A program made the position numbers and the translations under genes. Source: a virus (taxonomy: Duplodnaviria; Caudoviricetes). From it: a stretch of 64,000 nucleotides of DNA. This document shows, piece after piece, positions 53,301 to 60,981 of the stretch (position 1 is the stretch's first letter; each line of letters starts with the position of its first letter). The DNA lies in IMG/VR virus record IMGVR_UViG_3300037424_002164, positions 1 to 64,000 of that record. One strand, 5' to 3'. The notes beneath the pieces were generated by a model. The model did not search any database and was not told the DNA's origin. It saw only the letters and a list, made by a program, of their open reading frames with translations.

Positions 53301-56300
53301 GATCCTCCGGCATCATCATGAAGAAATTGCCGCTGCCCATCCCGGGCTCGAGCAGGGAGCCGCCCGCGCGGAATCCGAGGCGGCGCGCGGCATCCCACAT
53401 GGTTCGGGCCAAGTCCCGGCGGGTGTAGTGAGCGTTGATGGTGGATTCCCTAGCGGCCTCGAATTCCTCCGGCGTCAACAGGCCCTCAAGCTCCTCGCGG
53501 ATCCCGGCCCACTCGCGCTTGTAGCCGAAAATGCCGTTGGCCAGCTCCGAGTCGCCCCAGCCGACGTACTTGGCGATCGCCTGCTGCTCTTCGATGGTGG
53601 GGGCGCGGTTCTCCGCCTGAACCTGCTTGACGATACGAATGGCCGCGAGGTTGTTCTGGGCTTTGGTGCGGGCGCCGCCCCGTTCAGCCTGGGCGGCCTG
53701 TTCAGGGGTTAGGCGGAAGTCTCCATCGATAGACCGAGGTTCGACGGCGTCAACTCGAGGTTGGGCTGCTCCTCTTCCTCCGGGAGGCGATACCACTGGT
53801 GGTCGGCCAGTTCGACTACCTTCTCCCAGCTCAGGCCCTGCTGCGTCAGGCTGACCCGTAGCTCCACGGTCAGAAACGCCGCCACGAGCACCAGGCGGTA
53901 GAGCACTTTCGCCTTCTCCATCTCCGCGCACATCTTCGGGCGGAACTCCTGCCAGTGTTTCAGGACCGCCTGGGCGAAGGGCGTCTCCTCCACCTCTTTG
54001 TGGGCGGCCGGCTCCGGCAGTTTCCGTGCCTGTTCGAGGGTGAGTTCGGCGGTCTCCGGCATCGGGTTGCTCCGCCTCCATTATGCTCTTTTTTTCGGAC
54101 TCGGGAGCCGTGATTTGATCGGGTTCAGCGGCTTCGGGTACCAAGGGTTCTACCGCTGCTTCAGGGGACGGAAGCCCTGCTTCCTTCCCCTCGACCCCTT
54201 CCTTCCTTTCGGACAGCGGCTTGGCCGTGTACTCCTCGTCGTCCCAGAAGTAGTTGGGGGCCTGGTTTTCGAGGCGGGATTCGGCGGCATCGGCCGCCAT
54301 CCAGCGGGACATCAGTGAATCGCCCGCGTGGTCGGCTTCTTCCTTGGTCGCGAAGAACTGGCCGTTGGGCGTCCACTCGTTCTTGACCTTGACGTAGACG
54401 CGGTAGCTTTTCGCGGGCGCCTTTACCGACTGTTCGGGGCCGCCCGTGTCCTTCCGGAGATCCCGGGCATCAAACGGCACGTATTCGATGGTCTGTGTGG
54501 CTACATCAGGTGCACCTTCACCAGCGGGATGCGCGCGGACACGGTACTCGGTCTCGCTCACCGACGTGATGTAGCCGTACTTCTCCTGGCCGCTCGCGTG
54601 TGTCCAACGGATGGTGTCTCCCTGGGAGAATCGGCGGGGGCCGGGCTCTGGGCGAGGGGTAGCCGGTGCCTCGGGTGCTTTCTTTTCCTGCGCTGCCTTC
54701 AGCGCCTGGGTGCCGGCAGGGTTGCGAGCGAAGGATATATTTCCCCCTTCCTCTGGCCCGCGGCGAATCAAACCCAAACGCAGCAGTTGGGCGAGTCCGT
54801 TATTGAAGGCATCCCGCGTGAGGTTTTCAATATCGGAGGCAACCGATTCTTCAAGGCTGCCGCTTTGAGTGACGCGGTTGGTTTCGAGGTTTCTGATGAT
54901 GGAACGCTCGATAACACTAAGCTGAGCGGCTTCAGGGGCACTTGGCGTCTCTGTCGTGGGCTGCCCATGGGGTGTCGCAACGATCTTCCGGCTGATCCGC
55001 TGCACATCAGGGAGCTTGTCGGCGTCGATGATCCACGCCTTCTGTTCTCCGTTCCACCTTCCTCCCAGCTTCTTGATCTGATTCCGGTGGACGTAGGTGT
55101 CGCCGGTGAGGGCGTACTGCCCTGCCTCGGGTGTTTCTTTCCTTGTTGACTCGCCCGCCGGGAGCGCTTCGGGGGCCGGTTGACCGCTCGCCATCCGGGG
55201 TTCCGTCTCCGTCTTGGCGGACGTACCCGGGCGTGCCGGGGGTTGAGCGGGTTTTTCTCCCTGTCCTGCCGCCTCCTGCTTCGGGGCTTCAGTCTTCGCC
55301 TTCTCCTCGACCTTCTCAACCCTGCTCACGTGGACCGGACGGAACATCCCGAACCTCTGATCCGGCTCCTCACCGATGAATACAGTAAAGCCCTCAACGC
55401 GACTGACGTAACCTTCCCGAGTCTTTCCTTCCTTGTCGGTCCAGCGGACGTGGTCATTCTTCTGGAACCGCAACTCCGGAGACTTCAATTCCTGAACGAC
55501 ACCGCCGCCCGGAAGTTTGTGGGTGACAACCGGGTCTGGAGCGGGCGCAGGCTTGGCAGGCTCAGCCGGTGAGCCCTTCAACTCGATCTCCGTCTGCTTC
55601 CCGCTCTTGTCGGAGAACACGATGCGGTCGAGCGTGATCTCCTGGCCGGTGATCCCGGGGATTTCCTTGCCGGTGTACTGCTTGCCTTTGCCGTCTCTCA
55701 GGTAGGCGATGGTCGCGTGCGGCTTATAGCCCGGGTGCGTCTCGGTGTTCGGCAGCGCGTCTGCGATCTTCTCGTTGAGCCGCGCCAGGTCCGGAGACTC
55801 GACGTCCACCTTGAGTACGTCGCCGTTGTCGGTGCCGGCGAAGATCGAGGTTTTACCGAGCTTCAGTTTAACCGGCGGCTCATTGGCGATCAGTTTGCGA
55901 ACGGCTTCCGGCTCGCCGCCGTGCAGGCCGTACTTGATGGTGATGTGCGGCTGGGTCTCGCGACCCTTCGCGGCTGATTCCCCACCGTACTTGGCGCCCG
56001 CTTCAGATGCCAGGTGCTCATCCGGGATGGTTTCGCCAAACGCAAGGATCCTTGCGGCAATCGGCCCTTGCAGGTTGACTTGCGTGGACGCATAGTCGAA
56101 CTGTTCCTTTTCCTCCGGCTTCACGCCCCTCATCCGGTCGGTTTCGCCCTCGATCCAGTTGCTCGCGTCGTCGTACAGCTTCTGGGCGTGGGGTACGATC
56201 CAGTCTCCGAACTCCTCGGAGAGTGCCGTGGTGAACCGGCCCATGCGGTGGTGGCCGGCGAGAATCTTGTGGGCCGCAACCGTCTTCAGGTCCGGCCATA

Positions 56301-59300
56301 GTTCCTTGAGATCCTCGGGGATCCCCGTGTCGGCCGGCTCCTCGATCGAGGCCAGGTCGCCCTCGGTCCCACGGCGCCGCTTCAGCGCTTCTTTGATGCG
56401 CGCGCTCGCGGCCGCGGCGTCTTTTTCGAGGCGCGTGCGCAACTGCTCGGAGATTTCCTGGTCGGAGAGCTTGACGGCGGGTTTTTCTGGTTCTGTCCGG
56501 GGCTTCCCGGCGGGCGCAGGTTTTCCTAGTTGACTAGGAATTTCCTGTTTGGCTGCTGCTGGCGGGGACGCAACCGCTGGTTCGCCGCTTGCGGCTCCGA
56601 AAGCAGACTTCCCCGCGGCCCCTTCTTCCTTTGCCGCAAACCCCACCCGCTCCACCGTCAGCTTGCCCGGCTCGGCGTCCCTGGCTTGCTCCTTGATCGC
56701 TCCGCGCACCCGCTCGCCATAGGCCCGGACTTCGGCTTCCTCGAGCCCGGTTGCCTTGGCCACAAACGCCACGTAGTCGGCGTCCCGCTTCGAAGGGGTC
56801 TTTTGTGCGGTGATGTAGGCGGCCCGGTCGACGTCGCTGGCGAATTCGATCTCGAAGGACTTGTTGCCGTAGTTGTAGCGCGGCATCGCGCCGGAGAGAT
56901 GGCGGGGCAGCTTGCGCTCAGGCTCCTGGGCTACGGGGGTGACTTCGTCCGGATCGAGTGTGACGACGCCGGCGGCCGCGGGCGGGGCGGCTCTCTGTCG
57001 GTAGTCTTCGACCCATTTGGAGAATTCGCGTTTGTCGTCCATGCTGGGGATGCCCAGCTTGTTGCGGACTACCCGGACCAGTCGGGCTCGGTCCATTCCC
57101 TCGAATCCGGCGTCTCCTACGTTTTTGAGCTTGTCTCCAAGCCGTTCGGCAACCTGTTTTGCCGTCAGTTCACTGGCGCTCAGCCGTTCTACTTCGTCAA
57201 CAATGCCAAGCCGTTGGGCCAGTTCAAAATCCCGGTCAATCGCCTCTTGGAGCCACGTCTTCTCGCCAGTCTGGATCGGCACCGGCTTCCCCGCCGCCTC
57301 AGCCAGCTTCTTGCGCCCGCCTTCGACCCGCGCCCGGAATTCCTGGAGCATCGCCTTGTCGCGCCCCGCTTCGACCCCCTCGGTTGCCGTCTCTGGCTCG
57401 GCAGCGGAAGGTTTGGCAGGCGGCGCGAATGGTTCATCCTTCCAGTACGTGGGAGCTGTCACCAGCTCGATACGCTCTGCGCCTGCGGCTTGCGCCTCCT
57501 GAAGTGTCCGGTAGTACGGACTCCACTCGCCCTTGATCTCGCCCTGGTATACCTTCCCTTCCGGAGCGACAGCCGGAGTCGTGGAGGAAACAGGGGGTGC
57601 GGGGGGAGAAACCAGGGGTTTCGCCCCTTGCGGCTGCGGCTTCCCTTGCGCGTCGAGTACCCCCTCCTGTTTCATCCTCCGGACAAGCGCCGCCCCCTGG
57701 TGCCGGGGAATCTTTAACTCCGTCCACAGCGCCTTGTCGGTGACGGGCCCGGTGGCCGCCCGGGCAAACTCAACGGCTTTCTGGTACGACTGCTCGGCTG
57801 CTTCCGTTTCCGGGCTGACCTGGGATGGGGTGGCAGGAGGCTCCGCAACCTGTTGAGGCGGCGTGACCGGCTTTTGGGGCGGCTGGGTAACGGCTGGTTG
57901 CCCGGTATCACCTGATACCGGAGGCGCCAGGAATTGCTGTTCGAAGTCGGCCAGACCCAGAGTGCCCCGGATCTTGTTGCCGGCTTTCATCTCCTTCTCG
58001 AAGAAGACCCGGCCCTTTTTGACCTCGAGCACGCGGGTGACCCCCGAGGGGGTCTCGAAGGTTGCGCCTTTGGTGATTTCGGGGGCGACGGCTTCTGATT
58101 CCGCCTGGGCCGGCCGCTCGGCCTGTGGAAGCTGGGTCCCTTCGCGTCCGAGTTTCGCCCGCTGCTTCTGGATGTCCGAGATCCGGGAGTCGGCCTCTTT
58201 CATGACCGCTTCGGCGTAGATGTCCCGGGTTCCTTCGTTGCGCGCCTGATCGGCGATGGATTGGGCCTCAGCGCGGTCCGCTACGGCTTGCGAGTAGTCC
58301 AGGTCCAGCCGCGTCGCGGTTTCTTCCGGCGTTCCTGCTCCGCCGCGCTGTTCAATGCGCGTGCGAATCGTCTCGGCGCTCCCGGCCGCAAGCCGTTTGC
58401 CGGTGGCCTCGTCGATGAGTACCCATTGCGGCCGGCCCCGGCCCTGCGCTCCAGCCGGTGTCGTCGCGCCCTCAAAGTGGATGCGGACTGCTGTGCCGTT
58501 CAGATCGAGCTTGATGTCCTCGCCGAAGATCTTGCCCCAATCCTCGGTGGCGATCTTCTGAGCTTGCTCGCTCCAGGCTTGCGCCGCCAGACGCTGGCCG
58601 CTCTTCGTAAGCGCGGCCGTTTCCTCGACGGCGGTTTTCAGGCGCACCTGGCGGGGCGCGCCGCGCGCGGGGATCTCTCCGACCGGATATGCCTCTGCCG
58701 CGGTACGCCCCGCCTTTACCGCTCCCGCGGCGGCGAGCGCCGCTATGGCCGCGCTGCCGAGCGCTGCCGCTCCGTGTTCCGTGGCGGCAATGTAGTCTCC
58801 CCGCTTCGCGGCTTTCCAGGCCGCGTCTCCCTCCAGAATCGTCCCATTGCCGGCGAGCACGGCGAACCCGGCCGGGACCGCCGCCATGGTGGCGACGTCA
58901 GCCGCCTTCATGACGACCGGGGAGCCTTTCAGCAACTTCACGGCGACGGGAAGGTTGACGACTCCGCGCAGGAGATTGGTCGCGCCCGCGCCCAGCGCCA
59001 CCATACCGGCGCTTTCCATGCTGGTCAGAGGTTCGACGGCACCCGTCAGGCCGCGCTCTGCTGCGATGAGTCCTTCGAGCGGATTCCCCTGCGCCTCCTC
59101 GGCCGTGGGCAGCAGCAGCGACGGCCGCACGATCGGTTCTCCCATCGGCCGCGCGTACTTGTTGGTGATGTTGGTCTCGACGAAGTGTTTGCCGAATCGT
59201 TTCAGCCCTTCCGGGATGGTGTATTCCGGGCGAATCGAAACCTCAACTCCCGGCACCCCCGGCGTTCCAGTCCGCTCCGCGCCCGGCGGCACCTTCAGAT

Positions 59301-60981
59301 CCGCGTACCGCTGGAGGTTCTCGTTGAACAGCCCGAGGCCGGTGTTGTAGTCCTCGATGTCCGCTCCATGCTGCGCAACGGCATTTTCCAGTTCGGCGAT
59401 AACCAGGTTGTGCAGCTTGACCTTTTGATCGAATGCGGCCAGTTGCTCGGGGGGTGAGTCCGGACCGATTTGCTGGGCTTCCGCCTCGATCGCGGCTTTC
59501 CGCGCCAGGGCCTCCTCGCCCTGCGCCGTCAGCGTCAGGCGGATTACGCCGAGATGGTCCCGCTTGGATTCAAGCTCGGCTTCGCTCGGAATCGGAACGG
59601 GCTCGACCTCGGCGGGGTCGAACTCGACGGTCGCCGCTTGCGCCGGGATTTCCGGGATTGCAGGTAGCGCTAGTTTCCGGATTTTGGCGGCGGCTTCAGG
59701 ATGCGTTTTTCCGAGACTCCCCAGAAAGTCCGCGAGAAAAGCGTTCCGCTGTTCCAGCGTGATACCTGGAACGTCTTCGGGGCGGAATGCGGCCATGTAG
59801 GATGGAGCTTCCAAAAGTTGTGAGAGCTTATCCACCCCACGACCCTCTTTGGCGAGAACCCCCATGATCTCGGGGTGCTTTCCCGCCATCGTCTTGTAGA
59901 GGTTCTCGATTGCCTCGGAACCCGCTGGATCTAGCGGATCTCCGAGTGTCTGATCGAGCAGGTTGTGCACCGTCTCGTGGAGGACCAGCCGGCGCTGTTC
60001 GTCCGGGTTCTCTGCCGGGTTGATGTAGATCGCTCCGCGGCCCTTGGGGATCTTGAGCCCCGGAAACTTGTCGGTGATGAGTTTCGCGTACTCCGGCACC
60101 GGCTCTCCGTACCCGGTGAGTCCAACGCCCGGTTGATCGACCTCCGGAATGTCCTTCGTTTCCGCGAAGATGATGGGAGCGCGGGTGTGGCGGCTTTCCG
60201 CGTAGGTCGGCAGGTTGCCGGCGAAGGAGTCGCGCGTGGTCGGCTTCAGCTTGATACGACCAGATTCGTAATCCTTGTGGAGCTGCTCGGCGTAAGAAGT
60301 GGCGGCATTGGCATCCTGGAAGATGCCCAGGTGCTTGCCGGTCTTGTGGTATTCCTCCTCTGCCGCTTTTCTGCTGAGGAAACGGCCATCGGGCGTAACC
60401 CTCGGAACCAGGATTTCCTTGCCGTCTTCCTCGAAACTGGTCGAGTCGACGGTGCTGGTCTTCCCTGGCTTCTCGGGATTCGGAATCGCTGGCTGGGAAG
60501 CCAGGTCAATGTTGCCCGGGGTGAGAAGGCCCGGAATCGGAGCGACATCGGCCGGGTCGAACTCCTGGGGACCGGTGCCATTGCTCTTGCCGGTGATCTT
60601 CTCCACGTAGTCCCGCGTTTCCTTGGGCCACGGATCGCCCCGGGCCACCCGTGTGGGCCCGAGATTGTAGGCCGCGGTCGCTTTGACGGGATCGTTATTG
60701 AACCGCTTGAGCAGGTCGCGGTAGTAGCGCGCGCCGGCGTCGATGTTCTGTTCGAGGTTGTTCGGATCGATTCCGTACTCCTTCACGGCGGTATCGGGCA
60801 TGAGCTGCATCACCCCGATCGCGCCCTTGGGCGACACCCTGGACTGATCGAAAGCGCTCTCCTGCTGCGCCATTTTGACGAGGTGATCCGGATCGAGGCC
60901 GTAGGTTTGGGCGGCCTGGCGCACAAGCGTCTCGATGTCGGTTTCGACCTCGGAGGGGTCGAGCAGCAGGTATTCGGGCAT
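44326..60981 (-). CDS. Giant polyvalent internal virion protein (5551 aa): SLT transglycosylase, HExxH, 2H phosphoesterase, SH3-like modules, DarB-type N6-MTase + SNF2 helicase, second HExxH, C-terminal membrane region
   Basis: QESAF..GVMQLMP..AAYNLG; LHETVH; PHITIKYG/KPHATIAY; LLEPGMGSGNF/IGNVPFG; HVVGSGKT/VDEAD/QRDGRIKRQGN; KHERFH. Confidence 0.92.
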   Translation of the reverse strand: MPEYLLLDPSEVETDIETLVRQAAQTYGLDPDHLVKMAQQESAFDQSRVSPKGAIGVMQLMPDTAVKEYGIDPNNLEQNIDAGARYYRDLLKRFNNDPVKATAAYNLGPTRVARGDPWPKETRDYVEKITGKSNGTGPQEFDPADVAPIPGLLTPGNIDLASQPAIPNPEKPGKTSTVDSTSFEEDGKEILVPRVTPDGRFLSRKAAEEEYHKTGKHLGIFQDANAATSYAEQLHKDYESGRIKLKPTTRDSFAGNLPTYAESRHTRAPIIFAETKDIPEVDQPGVGLTGYGEPVPEYAKLITDKFPGLKIPKGRGAIYINPAENPDEQRRLVLHETVHNLLDQTLGDPLDPAGSEAIENLYKTMAGKHPEIMGVLAKEGRGVDKLSQLLEAPSYMAAFRPEDVPGITLEQRNAFLADFLGSLGKTHPEAAAKIRKLALPAIPEIPAQAATVEFDPAEVEPVPIPSEAELESKRDHLGVIRLTLTAQGEEALARKAAIEAEAQQIGPDSPPEQLAAFDQKVKLHNLVIAELENAVAQHGADIEDYNTGLGLFNENLQRYADLKVPPGAERTGTPGVPGVEVSIRPEYTIPEGLKRFGKHFVETNITNKYARPMGEPIVRPSLLLPTAEEAQGNPLEGLIAAERGLTGAVEPLTSMESAGMVALGAGATNLLRGVVNLPVAVKLLKGSPVVMKAADVATMAAVPAGFAVLAGNGTILEGDAAWKAAKRGDYIAATEHGAAALGSAAIAALAAAGAVKAGRTAAEAYPVGEIPARGAPRQVRLKTAVEETAALTKSGQRLAAQAWSEQAQKIATEDWGKIFGEDIKLDLNGTAVRIHFEGATTPAGAQGRGRPQWVLIDEATGKRLAAGSAETIRTRIEQRGGAGTPEETATRLDLDYSQAVADRAEAQSIADQARNEGTRDIYAEAVMKEADSRISDIQKQRAKLGREGTQLPQAERPAQAESEAVAPEITKGATFETPSGVTRVLEVKKGRVFFEKEMKAGNKIRGTLGLADFEQQFLAPPVSGDTGQPAVTQPPQKPVTPPQQVAEPPATPSQVSPETEAAEQSYQKAVEFARAATGPVTDKALWTELKIPRHQGAALVRRMKQEGVLDAQGKPQPQGAKPLVSPPAPPVSSTTPAVAPEGKVYQGEIKGEWSPYYRTLQEAQAAGAERIELVTAPTYWKDEPFAPPAKPSAAEPETATEGVEAGRDKAMLQEFRARVEGGRKKLAEAAGKPVPIQTGEKTWLQEAIDRDFELAQRLGIVDEVERLSASELTAKQVAERLGDKLKNVGDAGFEGMDRARLVRVVRNKLGIPSMDDKREFSKWVEDYRQRAAPPAAAGVVTLDPDEVTPVAQEPERKLPRHLSGAMPRYNYGNKSFEIEFASDVDRAAYITAQKTPSKRDADYVAFVAKATGLEEAEVRAYGERVRGAIKEQARDAEPGKLTVERVGFAAKEEGAAGKSAFGAASGEPAVASPPAAAKQEIPSQLGKPAPAGKPRTEPEKPAVKLSDQEISEQLRTRLEKDAAAASARIKEALKRRRGTEGDLASIEEPADTGIPEDLKELWPDLKTVAAHKILAGHHRMGRFTTALSEEFGDWIVPHAQKLYDDASNWIEGETDRMRGVKPEEKEQFDYASTQVNLQGPIAARILAFGETIPDEHLASEAGAKYGGESAAKGRETQPHITIKYGLHGGEPEAVRKLIANEPPVKLKLGKTSIFAGTDNGDVLKVDVESPDLARLNEKIADALPNTETHPGYKPHATIAYLRDGKGKQYTGKEIPGITGQEITLDRIVFSDKSGKQTEIELKGSPAEPAKPAPAPDPVVTHKLPGGGVVQELKSPELRFQKNDHVRWTDKEGKTREGYVSRVEGFTVFIGEEPDQRFGMFRPVHVSRVEKVEEKAKTEAPKQEAAGQGEKPAQPPARPGTSAKTETEPRMASGQPAPEALPAGESTRKETPEAGQYALTGDTYVHRNQIKKLGGRWNGEQKAWIIDADKLPDVQRISRKIVATPHGQPTTETPSAPEAAQLSVIERSIIRNLETNRVTQSGSLEESVASDIENLTRDAFNNGLAQLLRLGLIRRGPEEGGNISFARNPAGTQALKAAQEKKAPEAPATPRPEPGPRRFSQGDTIRWTHASGQEKYGYITSVSETEYRVRAHPAGEGAPDVATQTIEYVPFDARDLRKDTGGPEQSVKAPAKSYRVYVKVKNEWTPNGQFFATKEEADHAGDSLMSRWMAADAAESRLENQAPNYFWDDEEYTAKPLSERKEGVEGKEAGLPSPEAAVEPLVPEAAEPDQITAPESEKKSIMEAEQPDAGDRRTHPRTGTETAGAGRPQRGGGDALRPGGPETLAGVPPEDVRGDGEGESALPPGARGGVSDRGATGQPDAAGPELGEGSRTGRPPVVSPPGGRGAAQPRVDAVEPRSIDGDFRLTPEQAAQAERGGARTKAQNNLAAIRIVKQVQAENRAPTIEEQQAIAKYVGWGDSELANGIFGYKREWAGIREELEGLLTPEEFEAARESTINAHYTRRDLARTMWDAARRLGFRAGGSLLEPGMGSGNFFMMMPEDLTPGTGRTGVEMDLLTGAMARALYPGSNIVIKPYQETNLPDGYFDLVIGNVPFGNVGVNDAAFRRTPYLTENIHNYFIAKSVEKLRPGGVMLVITSRYTMDSKAPAFRRWVNERAELLGAIRLPRDTFLANAGTSVTVDIIALRRRIPEGVPVSDEKWVESRTLDTDDGFKVDVNEYFHRHPEMMMGKMGAGTQYRRGYPELFGEFSLDKLDKMLARLPEGVIPSWEQQPSGARDNLVENYPDAQFMKDGQIAYVDGALVRREGAYFRPLPLKGKKLDRAKALIELRGAAREVIRTQRHEFEEKEILAARKALNRVYDHFVKRHGPVNGNGNSLVFGEDPDWPLLTALEDYNKDTKTATKRAMFRERTIQKPPRITSVETGAEALAVSLNDLGRLDWSRMQELTGRTPEELRQELGGKIYRNPITKSWETRDEYLSGNVRKKLRDAEFAAGEDPQFLPNVEALKAIQPRDLDIGDIDAPLGATWIPDTDYSDFLREVLRVEESEARATDLVKYVPLTGSFAIRPQYTFSDKGVANSVDYGTAYFSGMELLEFAINGKMPVARDEEVGYTAGGYPTTVMVKNAEATIEAVEKQRALVDQFSKWLWSDSKRANRLKGKYNEERNNLKLREFDGSHQTFPGLNRTWLRNQDPDPHQKTAVWRTIQSGNTLYAHVVGSGKTLEITMAAMELRRLGLARKPMITVPNHLVGQWKDAFLLAYPGAQILVPTKKDFDKQNRRKLMSRIATGNYDAVIVGHTHFQLLAVKDETFKEFMDAQVAELEAAIETFSKGKQKGEAGRDPTVKQLVRRKKQLEAKIEKRTKREKKDTGVTFEELGVDWLFVDEADLFKNLGYLTMMDRVAGLPNSDADRATDMLLKTRYVSQLHGGDRGLVFATGTPVSNSIAEIWTMMRYLIPQYLEREGLDQFDAWAKTFGKVRTQMEVAPEGGRFISRSRFAEFHNAPELMNMFRLAADIQTAEKLNLPTPAVYQGGPIDVVAPASAAQKAYVLEIGKRADDIRNGVIKDPSIDNMLKLSSDGRKASLDMRLVDPLAEEEPVSKVAKAIDNIVAINKEFGQYRAAQLVFLDLSTPKSEKVTRAKPAAAEEVANVADQEETLYDEKEEEVTEEVVTTDEQREIFTVYGQIRQKLIARGFKPEQVAFIHDAKTDIQKLLLYERVNRGDVRVLIGSTEKMGAGMNVQERLIANHHLDAPWRPRDIEQRDGRIKRQGNKLWDEHKIPVRIYRYMTEGTFDAFMWETVSAKAKPIQQFMNGDPAVRRIEELSPAVMSYEQAKAVSSGNPLVREKIILDQEVLKAEIMRGTWLTEQATISQTLATLPEETKAARQRVENFTTDIAARNSDSALVIDGKRYEEKEIRAEGAPILIERLKKVGVITEPQSIETTYHGIPLEATPHFAELGVRHSKTDQSVGANLLFAREMTPDNKWLYYQVTAQGFQQNWHDIHKRDAFGLKELDLSRATQVHVEWDKMESRFELKYFSAPQLRLRAASGTYRVSVNYDANPAGTIASADNHLRGFEESLQHGKDQLRRLEKQQVELESRLGQPFKGEEKLRTMLRRQQELSDQLGAEANDRQALGADEEQEANRRDPLRPMRLDPTTSMHADWFPSRRIFAASDYGKYPVQVRVVGKYLGVREVTKGKSYEVIHLPSGKRMGNFFHQDYHAVAFARQAEASLDWNWAVMPKGFKEKFERFQEKFEAPDETPEESLERLRAKVDATQNPPAENPPQGDLASLEEDSLPEHPPTYYPQFEKLAAADPKLFLHDQTEPRFLWADQNALNLLKAVLPKHQQTWAGMHFTTTSVLRMVDTLRQVAPNVSPEARAKIEAIAAELEAGVSDFRPLLIVGHRPGDSWQRLRERIKHERFHWFQTQEAGGEGKAGVEHIDAESFLQDQLARRALRGLTETGYPRITSEYEMHAMAAEIGAHLAQGPRGWARMGISRDEAKQLFSRYLDYLIERHGGEIVSRLPRIASQLNGVLDETRTKAAEARRQGYQPGYAPGAREAPGELLGGVRQGVPARGSQAADLPATQAVAPRRGTAGFWVTPEGEVIPLGAEAEHQNLSRFRGKNKDQLLRSGYIRTRGNGIEIQGLEAVDPSRLRQAVERAAKGADSLYVDTAARSMVYDTEDLEANDWSLRKVRPVESFWRGEAGDMDLASIGEWLSERFGEESAEVNYGGLRGVFGPLETRYRRNLGQTRRASARVHREALRTASSNAKSRVILRAAVPTILDALKGSDFTWPELRLALIESRLRGIRERWERFAEQISTMEDTQLQEVFKEEFAGLLSAIQGKRGIPQDVVETAAALDEAADWDTLREFLGQTFSDAAANVAEVMEPRWYDRVTSDPQVQDALRAYKRLVEAPMAQNHALNEGVFSDSLGPLDTYYPLIPFDRNPGFFGSRVTYKKPKNAANKFATGLAEGYDVGMEAFQERLSRAIRANDRAALLKVLEEEGLLQPAEQGQDTIVWNGVEYTGVQVPVSEARTLIKDKKTIPLKTRMDILPAWLHRELKPILEHQPHSADPSRKIVRTLNTLSLIGPLDMVFHARNVLGALVSNTPFLGPTLADKAVSVPLVKSLAVVWKVLLQTDPTTPENLEKLLEVADIGGVPSKYGSQTYSRKYAEATGATLKHFPLTLGPMLYGPKGLDARARIVMWDIAKALFPEESQAGERSLFVNQLGNYTPELWSEIERALKEWGIAPFFTAGSTALANGVNAWTGLGPMPKGWRALRLMYLLTAGALGLLAFWVIASKLLTGKYPTEDRRAKLFQLPVGGGNGPLDKYRYSKLGRALWGDGPETGYLSFNAFNPLVGRGARALGLTGAFETRQLGGNFGQQLEAAQRDSLNALVHPGLGPVPRSVFTGVFLKETYLTSFRDQAGRLNPQFFPSVDPNTPAGWPTMGARMRAAGMELNSFFGDVGQTLGESTGFLDPAEKYSQGNKYLRQSLDLFAPGLVARASNQDRRAKALERQRTTKRKTFGTPAFKPAAGF
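47178..47339 (-). CDS. Candidate overprinted small gene in the +1 frame of the giant gene
   Basis: Hand-translated MKPEPKPPKLDARATSRAMRLARAKLRGNYSEEFDKVFPPEEAKPPTSPPPKQ; GGAG 6 nt upstream; host frame becomes R/G/A-rich. Confidence 0.4.
   Translation of the reverse strand: MKPEPKPPKLDARATSRAMRLARAKLRGNYSEEFDKVFPPEEAKPPTSPPPKQ
53709..54062 (-). CDS. Overprinted gene in the +1 frame of the giant gene (weakly TnpV-like)
   Basis: 117 aa helical protein LKHWQEFRPKMCAEMEKAKVL; GGAGG/GGAG RBS; host frame is low-complexity R/G/A here. Confidence 0.6.
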   Translation of the reverse strand: MPETAELTLEQARKLPEPAAHKEVEETPFAQAVLKHWQEFRPKMCAEMEKAKVLYRLVLVAAFLTVELRVSLTQQGLSWEKVVELADHQWYRLPEEEEQPNLELTPSNLGLSMETSA

